From a virus (lineage: Duplodnaviria; Heunggongvirae; Uroviricota; Caudoviricetes), in IMG/VR virus record IMGVR_UViG_3300015262_000003, positions 1 through 39,241 of that record: a DNA stretch of 39,241 nucleotides. One strand, given 5' to 3'. Both the position numbers and the translations under genes were made by a program. This document shows, one piece after another, positions 33,217 through 39,241 of the stretch; position 1 is the stretch's first letter; each line of letters starts with the position of its first letter. The notes under the pieces are model-generated. The model made no database searches and was not told the DNA's origin. It worked only from the letters and a program-made list of their open reading frames with translations.

Positions 33217-34355
33217 TCCTCTGCAAGCAAATAACGATTTGAAATTACCTTGAAGGAAAAGTCTCGGGTCATGCTCTTGAACACGAAACCTTCACGCATT
33301 TTACCATTCAAGCCACTTGGACCATCTGCATCAGCAAGTGCTTCTTTTACTGTAAGAGGTAAGTATACATCAGTTCCAGCGACTGGTACATGACTGATAT
33401 TATACAATTTGCAGAAGTCTTGACGCTCTTGTGGAAGCATATAACGTCGTTCATCAATCAGGTAAACATCATAGCAGTAGAACTCATTCTGTTCAACACC
33501 TTCAAAGTTCTTTTGAATAGAAGGACCAACCATCTCACCTTGAATTGCCAGATTGCGAACATCGCGAACAAGTGCAGTCAAAAGACCAGCCTTTTGAGCC
33601 ATTTGAGTAAACGAGTTGTCATCAGCTTTCCACTGAGTATCTACCGAGACAAACAGTTTACCCGTTTGTTTAACTTTTGCAAGCCATTCTTTGAATACAA
33701 GTTTGAAACCCTTGTTCTCAGTTTGCATACGGAAGCCAACATTACGAGAAGCAACACCAAGTACACCATCTTTGATGAATACCGTCAGACTACTACCGTC
33801 CAGTTTGAATGTCTTCTCAAACTTCTCATCTTTATCGCAAGCTTGCTGATATTGAACGACAATGTTCTGCACACGAGTTTGGTCAGTCTTAGGAACAAAC
33901 TTAGGGAAACCAAGTGCGGAAGTACCAGACTTCACACCAGCTGCGTTACCATTCAGTTGTTTCTCACCAGCACTTTCATACTTGATAATACCAAGCTTTT
34001 GAGTCAAATCAATATCAACAGCTAGCTTAGAATTGTCATGTAGACCAACTTCACTCAGTGGAATCAACAAGCCTTGACTCAGTTGCTTACGCAGCTTGAT
34101 GGTTTTGATACGAGCATATTGAACATTATCAACAGTGTAGTTCTTACTAGATGCAAGAAATGAGAATGCTGGGTTTGCCACTGGAAGCATACTATCAACT
34201 TCACAGTAAATAGCTTTAGAGCCAGCTACATACAAACCTTTCTGTGCAACTACTTGCCAACCACCTACAAGGGCAAGCTCAATTCGGTCTGCCCCTTCAA
34301 TTGGATGCAGGGAATCAACAATTACAACACGGGCCAACTTACGTTCTTCACTCAC
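33213..34355 (-). CDS. RNA ligase, DRB0094/Rnl2-Rnl5-like, with an N-terminal OB-fold
   Basis: Motif I KLDGSS, IQGEMVG, REGFVFKS, FKVISNRYLL. N-terminal HPIEGADRIELALVGGWQVV OB domain. Confidence 0.92.
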   Translation of the reverse strand: MSEERKLARVVIVDSLHPIEGADRIELALVGGWQVVAQKGLYVAGSKAIYCEVDSMLPVANPAFSFLASSKNYTVDNVQYARIKTIKLRKQLSQGLLIPLSEVGLHDNSKLAVDIDLTQKLGIIKYESAGEKQLNGNAAGVKSGTSALGFPKFVPKTDQTRVQNIVVQYQQACDKDEKFEKTFKLDGSSLTVFIKDGVLGVASRNVGFRMQTENKGFKLVFKEWLAKVKQTGKLFVSVDTQWKADDNSFTQMAQKAGLLTALVRDVRNLAIQGEMVGPSIQKNFEGVEQNEFYCYDVYLIDERRYMLPQERQDFCKLYNISHVPVAGTDVYLPLTVKEALADADGPSGLNGKMREGFVFKSMTRDFSFKVISNRYLLAED

Positions 34356-34368
34356 TTACTTCTCTCCT

Positions 34369-34557
34369 TTAAAAATTTACAGGTACAGCTGGTTGTACAT
34401 GACATACTGGACAAACGATTCTGGCAACCCTATCACCACAACCAGTGTAGTCCTTTTCAAATGAAAACTTCATATCACTGTAAGTGTATTCTAGAACAGT
34501 CTTACAGTTGTAACAAGTGCAAGTTTTGGCTCTTGCTAGCGATACTACACTAACCAT
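34369..34557 (-). CDS. Small zinc-ribbon protein
   Basis: CYNC and CPVC pairs in 62 aa. Confidence 0.7.
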   Translation of the reverse strand: MVSVVSLARAKTCTCYNCKTVLEYTYSDMKFSFEKDYTGCGDRVARIVCPVCHVQPAVPVNF

Positions 34558-34568
34558 TTCATCACCCT

Positions 34569-35621
34569 TTAAAATTCATGTTTATGTGCAAACCATGCTG
34601 CACCAAATGGGAATACCAAACCAACAAACATCAGCAACCAGATTGCCCACTTTGGAATCTCAACCTCATCATCAAGGTATTTGAATTCCTCAATACTACG
34701 GTGTTGATAATGCTTTGTCAAACCTTCTTTGATGACATTGTTCATTGCTACTGCATCAAACTTACCAATGTTCAACAGTTCATCTCGGATGACAACGTTC
34801 ACCATATCACTCTTCGACCAACTGAAGACAGCAACATTTAAGAATGATCCATCTTTATCCATGTTGATGACAACGTAGACATCATTGATCTTACCACCAA
34901 GCTGTTTAGCTCGCAAGCTCTCAGAGAACAATGACCCTTTGTTGTGCAATACAACCACAACGTTCACCTTCTTGCTAGGACCAACTGTCTTGAGTGTATC
35001 ATTCAGAAGTGTGTTCAATTGCTTAGCTTCAGGAACGCTTACACCAAATTCAATCACTCGATTGATTCGATAGTAATCATACACCGAAAGGTATTCAGGT
35101 ACAACCACTTTCTCATCCAGCTGACTCTTGTTGAAGATGCTGAAGGGTGATGCTTTGATGTAGTTGTAATAGCTGCTTTCTACTGCAAAAGGCTCACCAA
35201 TTCGCACGTTAGACCATCGGGGAGGCTCACGTAGCCCTTGTCGGTCAACGCGGTCAATTGACACACCACCAACGGTAGAATGTACATTCCAATCGACATC
35301 ATAAGAGTGGTCGTAACAGGTTTGGCAAATTGTGGAGCATGAACGACTGCTACCAGAGCCAGAACATGATGTCACACAATTACATTGGTAACTATGTTCA
35401 CAACTAACTTCATCTCGTGTAACACTGGTCACTTGTCCATTGAGAATCTGTGTGTCACGTCCTTGACCATACATACTACCAAATGCAATAGCACCAACGA
35501 TCACAGATTGAACACCTAACATGATCAACCCTTCTCGGATTGTAATCGTATGAGGGAACATTCTGATAGCTACAACCCAAACGAGTATAAGCAATAGAGC
35601 GAATCCAATAATCCACCACAT
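34569..35621 (-). CDS. Membrane protein with a Cys-rich insert and a possible TPM-like extracytoplasmic domain
   Basis: Two N-terminal TMs and one C-terminal TM. Contains CEHSYQCNCVTSC...CSTICQTCYDH and KVNVVVVL...GGKINDVYVVI. Confidence 0.6.
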   Translation of the reverse strand: MWWIIGFALLLILVWVVAIRMFPHTITIREGLIMLGVQSVIVGAIAFGSMYGQGRDTQILNGQVTSVTRDEVSCEHSYQCNCVTSCSGSGSSRSCSTICQTCYDHSYDVDWNVHSTVGGVSIDRVDRQGLREPPRWSNVRIGEPFAVESSYYNYIKASPFSIFNKSQLDEKVVVPEYLSVYDYYRINRVIEFGVSVPEAKQLNTLLNDTLKTVGPSKKVNVVVVLHNKGSLFSESLRAKQLGGKINDVYVVINMDKDGSFLNVAVFSWSKSDMVNVVIRDELLNIGKFDAVAMNNVIKEGLTKHYQHRSIEEFKYLDDEVEIPKWAIWLLMFVGLVFPFGAAWFAHKHEF

Positions 35622-35636
35622 GTTTACTATGTTCCT

Positions 35637-35792
35637 TTACAGTTTAAGTTTCTTGGTTTTAAGACAGTTGGAGCAAACAAATACTTTCTTTACATACAAT
35701 GGTCGTTTTGATCCAGAGTGTTCAAACACATTCGCATTAAACTGGAAAACCCACTTGTGACCTCTGAACCAACACATGATTCTATTAATCAT
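35637..35792 (-). CDS. Small DUF1660-like protein
   Basis: MINRIMCWFRGHKW...CSNC pattern, GGAG RBS before ATG 35792. Confidence 0.65.
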   Translation of the reverse strand: MINRIMCWFRGHKWVFQFNANVFEHSGSKRPLYVKKVFVCSNCLKTKKLKL

Positions 35793-35961
35793 AATCAATC
35801 TCCAGTTCGTCAAGTTCAAACTCAACGAATTCAATCAGTGTGTAAATATGATCGTCAACCTCATGACCAAATCCAACAGCTTTAGCATCTTTACGAATGT
35901 GCTTCAGATGAGCATGTAAACCCATCAGTTGTATATTTCTTAATGGATCTTGGTCTATCAT
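35785..35961 (-). CDS. Hypothetical protein (58 aa, MIDQDPLRNIQLMGLHAHLKH...), absent from the ORF track
   Basis: ATGA-coupled to 35958..36173 and fills the gap exactly. Confidence 0.6.
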   Translation of the reverse strand: MIDQDPLRNIQLMGLHAHLKHIRKDAKAVGFGHEVDDHIYTLIEFVEFELDELEIDYD

Positions 35962-36173
35962 ACTACAACCTTATAATTAAATTGTTTAGCGCGTTCACGC
36001 ATTTCACAAGACTGCTCATATTGAGCGATGGTCATTGCAAATGCACGATGAACACTATATTTATTACCATCTTCGTTCAGGAACCATACTGGACCATATG
36101 ACTCAGGATGGGAAACAAACCAAAAGCGTTCATCACCATATTCATCAATTCGTATTTCTTCACCGGGTTTCAT
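35958..36173 (-). CDS. Hypothetical protein
   Basis: 71-aa ORF in a tightly packed run of - strand genes. Confidence 0.6.
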   Translation of the reverse strand: MKPGEEIRIDEYGDERFWFVSHPESYGPVWFLNEDGNKYSVHRAFAMTIAQYEQSCEMRERAKQFNYKVVV

Positions 36174-36321
36174 TTTCTACCTGTTCTTCTAATCGCTTTA
36201 TGGTAAGTTCAAGTGAGAGAATCTTATATCTCTTCTCGATATTTCTTTTAACAGCTTCAGCATGTTCGAATGAAGTATAACGGTGTACATTACTACTTAC
36301 CCAATCCAATTCCCATTGCAT
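36160..36321 (-). CDS. Hypothetical protein (53 aa, MQWELDWVSSNVHRYTSFEH...), absent from the ORF track
   Basis: TAATG-coupled to the upstream ORF, stop TGA at 36162-36160. Confidence 0.55.
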   Translation of the reverse strand: MQWELDWVSSNVHRYTSFEHAEAVKRNIEKRYKILSLELTIKRLEEQVENETR

Positions 36322-36485
36322 TATTCTGTTCTCTTAACTCTGCTTTCGAAACTCATCTTATCAACCTTTGGAGTTGAGTGCAAGGATTTATTAACAATTC
36401 TTTCTGCTTTGATTGGTGTGATGTATGGACCAGATGCATATCCACAATAAAACGCAAGAAGAAGAACCAATCCGAATTTAATCAA
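36321..36485 (-). CDS. Small membrane or secreted protein (54 aa, MIKFGLVLLLAFYCGYASG...), absent from the ORF track
   Basis: TTG start with a GAGGTG RBS, hydrophobic N-terminus, and a TAA overlapping the next ATG. Confidence 0.5.
   Translation of the reverse strand: MIKFGLVLLLAFYCGYASGPYITPIKAERIVNKSLHSTPKVDKMSFESRVKRTE
36355..36383 (-). promoter_or_regulatory. Possible internal sigma70 promoter with a palindromic spacer
   Basis: On the - strand: TTGCAC, then the 17-nt spacer TCAAC-TCCAAAG-GTTGA, then TAAGAT. Confidence 0.4.
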
Positions 36486-36696
36486 TCATCACCTCTTCGA
36501 TAACCACATCATCTTCCAAACCCAACCATTTGAATGCAGCGTCTACATCAGCTACAAGTGTACGAGTCAAGCTGTTCTTTGGGACACGAACGTTGTTAGG
36601 AAATGCTTTATCATTGTAATTGATGGTCCAAGCTTTTGGACTCTCTTTCACCAGACGACAAGCACACATCATACCACTTGTGCTAACTAAAATCAT
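36478..36696 (-). CDS. Hypothetical protein
   Basis: 72-aa ORF, ATGA-coupled to the upstream gene, with a GAGG RBS. Confidence 0.6.
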   Translation of the reverse strand: MILVSTSGMMCACRLVKESPKAWTINYNDKAFPNNVRVPKNSLTRTLVADVDAAFKWLGLEDDVVIEEVMID

Positions 36697-36881
36697 TCTT
36701 CATCCATCCTCAAATCAAAGTGGTTGTCAAGGTCATCTTCCAGACCAGAGATATCAGCCGACAATTCCTGAGCAATGGCAATCATTTCATGACCATCCTC
36801 ACAGTTTTCAATATCATCAAGCTTACATCTGATACGGAACAAACTCAAGCACAAGTCTGTTGCAAATTCACGGTTGTTCAT
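36693..36881 (-). CDS. Hypothetical acidic protein
   Basis: 62-aa ORF with an AGGTG RBS and ATGA overlaps at both ends. Confidence 0.6.
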   Translation of the reverse strand: MNNREFATDLCLSLFRIRCKLDDIENCEDGHEMIAIAQELSADISGLEDDLDNHFDLRMDEE

Positions 36882-37002
36882 TTATGTTTATCACCTAAGC
36901 AAGTGTAATAGGAAGAAGCCATTCCTGCTATATAAGTTATTGACACAGCTGTGTACCCAGCATTGATACAGGATTGTTTGTGCTTGTTAGTGTCATTTTC
37001 AT
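36878..37002 (-). pseudogene. Frameshifted mini-gene (one base short of a 41-codon ORF)
   Basis: An ATGA-coupled start at 37002 and an ATGA-coupled stop at 36880-36878 are 125 nt apart and in different frames. Confidence 0.4.
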
Positions 37003-37184
37003 TTATCGTTCAACCCTAGTAGTTCCAACAATCCATAAACCCACTTGCTCAACTCCAAGCATTCGGTTGGGTTGGGATTGTAATCAGACATTCCGGTTCT
37101 AGCCATCTCACCCAACAACATTCTGAGAGCAGTTTCCATGTTCTCATTCTGGAGCTTGAGTAGTTCAATTTCATCTGGATGCAT
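36999..37184 (-). CDS. Hypothetical protein (MHPDEIELL...)
   Basis: GAGGA RBS before ATG 37184. The ORF-track start at 37274 runs into the upstream gene. Confidence 0.55.
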   Translation of the reverse strand: MHPDEIELLKLQNENMETALRMLLGEMARTGMSDYNPNPTECLELSKWVYGLLELLGLNDK

Positions 37185-37422
37185 TTTCCAATTCCTCAAT
37201 ACGCTCATTCTGTTCTGTGAAGTGTTTGTGAAGTCGATCAAACAAATCATCAAGCTCAGTGAATTCAACACCATTCATTGTGATACGGAAGTCAATAGCT
37301 TTGTCATCCCAACCGGGAGCGTTCACCATTTGGTTGAACTTCTCTGACAGAACACCGTCACTTGCTGCAACAACTACAGCAATCCATTTACGTGTGTCAT
37401 CTTGCTTCATATTTAGAATCAT
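37171..37422 (-). CDS. Hypothetical protein
   Basis: 83-aa ORF, ATGA-coupled to the upstream gene. Confidence 0.6.
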   Translation of the reverse strand: MILNMKQDDTRKWIAVVVAASDGVLSEKFNQMVNAPGWDDKAIDFRITMNGVEFTELDDLFDRLHKHFTEQNERIEELENASR

Positions 37423-37682
37423 TCTTCAATCCCCAATGCTTGTTTGATATCTTGTTGAACCTGAGCCTTACCTTTCTCAAGACCTAGATTATAGACATGA
37501 ACCAGTGCTGTGTAAAGGATTGATTGTACATCTGGTGCCGTAGCTGAGAAGTCAAACCCTTCAAAGTCAACGTTCAGCGTGTGAAAGGATGAGTCAGAGT
37601 CGTTATGCCAAACTTCAAAACCCAAGCTTGTGATTAGTTCACATTTCTTGTTCAATTCTTCAGCGTTTCTATTGCGGCGCAT
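37419..37682 (-). CDS. Hypothetical protein
   Basis: 87-aa ORF with an AGGAG RBS, first gene after the promoter at 37740. Confidence 0.7.
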   Translation of the reverse strand: MRRNRNAEELNKKCELITSLGFEVWHNDSDSSFHTLNVDFEGFDFSATAPDVQSILYTALVHVYNLGLEKGKAQVQQDIKQALGIEE

Positions 37683-37712
37683 GGTGTATATTCTCCTGTC
37701 TGTATGGTGGTC

Positions 37713-37740
37713 ATTCTACCAGTATCAAACACCTTGTCAA
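37713..37740 (-). promoter_or_regulatory. sigma70 promoter (extended -10)
   Basis: On the - strand: TTGACA (37740-37735), a 16-nt spacer ending TGG, then TAGAAT (37718-37713). Confidence 0.7.
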
Positions 37741-37754
37741 CATTTATTTTAGAC

Positions 37755-37780
37755 GAAGAAAAGCCCGCATGAGGCGGGCT
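37755..37780 (-). terminator. Intrinsic terminator after nrdA
   Basis: On the - strand: AGCCCGC-CTCAT-GCGGGCT followed by TTTCTTC. Confidence 0.8.
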
Positions 37781-37798
37781 AGGACTTAACACATTTCT

Positions 37799-39241
37799 TC
37801 AGGCAGCGCAACTATTACATTCATCTTTTACAACAACACCACTGCGAGAGTAAATGTAATATTGACTAATTACATTATCATCAAGAAGCAACAGTGTCAG
37901 CAATCGAGCAATCAGCTTCTCACTACCATCTTCTGGTACATAGAAATTCAAGCTCTGACCTTGACAAGTGTGTGGTTGTCGCTGACTTGCATGACGCAGA
38001 AGAATCTCTTGGTCCATCTCAAAAGCATTGAGGAAGATAAGCTTCTCTTCATCTGTAGCCCAATCAACATGTTGAATAGAACCAAGATGATCAATGATGT
38101 CATTTACAACTTCCTCATTGTAAACACCTTTGTCCTTCATAAACTGATAGAACACAGGAGGAATACGACGAAGCTCACCAACACTTGACCCAGCATCAAA
38201 GATCATACCCGGATCAGGGAACCACGATTCACTAACACCACCCATCAGCAAGCTAGATGTCTTAGTTGGTGCATATGCTATACGGTGTGTATTACGAACA
38301 CCATAACCTTCACACCACATTGGACTACCATACTCTTCAGCCAACCATTTACTAGCACGAAGTGATTCAGTATCCAAGTGCTTAGCAATACGTGTACTCA
38401 GGAACTGAGCTTCCAAACCAATGTATGGAATCTTGTTAGTTTGCAGATAAGTATGGAAACCCATCACACCCAAACCAATTGCCCGACCACGAATAGTGAA
38501 CTCTCGTACCTTCTCAAGACCAGCAACGCCAGCGGACTTCTCAATGAACTCAGAACACAAGCAGTCAAGGAACACAGTTGCAATGAACACTGATTCACGT
38601 TGAGGAATAACATCCCAATGCAGCAAGTTCAACGAAGCCAGAATACACGAGTATGTAAGCATCTCAGAGCTGTGAAGCATAATCTCTGTACACAGGTTGG
38701 AAGCTTCAATGAACAAGTTCCAATCGACATACATTTGTGGACGATGACGGTTAGCACAGTCTACTTTAAAGATGTAACCCTTACCTGTAATCAGCTTGGT
38801 GTATACAGCTTTAACCCAACGACGGTTAGCTTCAGGATCATTCGCTTTCAATCGCTCAATGAATGTATCCTTGATAATCCAACCATAGTTCTTACCATTG
38901 TGATCATGTGCTAGAGAGTCGCAAGCTTCATCCCAATCACCATGTTCAATGTCCAAGTAAGCACCGATACTACCACGACGCGCACCACCTTGACTGATGT
39001 CAGCAACAGTCTCAAAATAACGGTTGATAACTTGTACAGCACCATTAGCTTTACCACCTTTGGATATCTTAGAGCCCCGTGGTCGAATGTGACTGAAGTT
39101 TGCACTAGTACCAAATCCTTGCTGAGACAATAGCGCTGTCTCAGTCATACCACTATAGAAGTCTTTGACGCTATCACCAACCACTTGACCAGAACAAGCC
39201 ACCATCATACCACGAGCAGTACCAGTGTTAGCTAATGCTGG
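37799..39241 (-). CDS. nrdA: Ribonucleotide reductase class I alpha subunit, 5'-truncated by the window edge
   Basis: The frame is open to base 39241 (PALANTGTARGMMVACS). Contains QGGARRG, SNLCTEI, APTKTSS, the YY radical-transfer pair (SQYY) and a C-terminal CxxC (CNSC). Confidence 0.93.
   Translation of the reverse strand, partial: PALANTGTARGMMVACSGQVVGDSVKDFYSGMTETALLSQQGFGTSANFSHIRPRGSKISKGGKANGAVQVINRYFETVADISQGGARRGSIGAYLDIEHGDWDEACDSLAHDHNGKNYGWIIKDTFIERLKANDPEANRRWVKAVYTKLITGKGYIFKVDCANRHRPQMYVDWNLFIEASNLCTEIMLHSSEMLTYSCILASLNLLHWDVIPQRESVFIATVFLDCLCSEFIEKSAGVAGLEKVREFTIRGRAIGLGVMGFHTYLQTNKIPYIGLEAQFLSTRIAKHLDTESLRASKWLAEEYGSPMWCEGYGVRNTHRIAYAPTKTSSLLMGGVSESWFPDPGMIFDAGSSVGELRRIPPVFYQFMKDKGVYNEEVVNDIIDHLGSIQHVDWATDEEKLIFLNAFEMDQEILLRHASQRQPHTCQGQSLNFYVPEDGSEKLIARLLTLLLLDDNVISQYYIYSRSGVVVKDECNSCAA

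Noticed and set aside
1-39241. Genome-wide stop-codon reassignment (prompted by the in-frame TGA at 1286)
   Set aside because: Many genes end in TGA with ATGA coupling to the next gene, conserved genes are uninterrupted in the standard code, and there is no suppressor tRNA.
1-39241. CRISPR array, integrase, IS element or rRNA gene
   Set aside because: No regularly spaced direct repeats and no recombinase or transposase motifs were seen. The 16S-complementary match at 3503-3516 is only 14 nt.

Overview
A 39-kb segment of an AT-rich dsDNA tailed phage genome with siphovirus architecture. A Pseudomonas-like gammaproteobacterial host is inferred only from the character of the tail-tip and fibre proteins. 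On the + strand, in order: a few small genes; a sigma70-driven RNA operon; a cassette of probable virion-appendage genes, including an SGNH esterase and a DUF1566-like adhesin; the head module (small and large terminase, portal, S49 protease/scaffold, decoration protein, major capsid); neck genes; a lambda-like tail (tube, frameshifted G/GT chaperones, 1335-aa tape measure, M/L/K/I/J-like tip, fibre and chaperones); and a lysis cassette (SAR endolysin, holin candidates, Rz/Rz1). The RNA operon holds three canonical tRNAs (Asn-GTT, Thr-TGT, Gln-TTG) and two CCA-ended structured RNAs that are not ordinary tRNAs. After a bidirectional terminator near 31.15 kb, the - strand carries a LemA-like protein, an HNH-AP2 endonuclease, a DRB0094-type RNA ligase, a Cys-rich membrane protein, many small hypotheticals and a class I nrdA cut by the window edge. 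The most unusual signals are: a ~265-nt multi-hairpin RNA closed by a 10-bp stem and ending in CCA; a 126-nt tRNA-like RNA with two T-loop-like motifs; an orphan 14-nt complement of the 16S rRNA 3' end; and shared N-terminal modules that suggest modular display of an esterase and adhesins on the virion. All family calls come from motif recognition by eye and no databases were searched.
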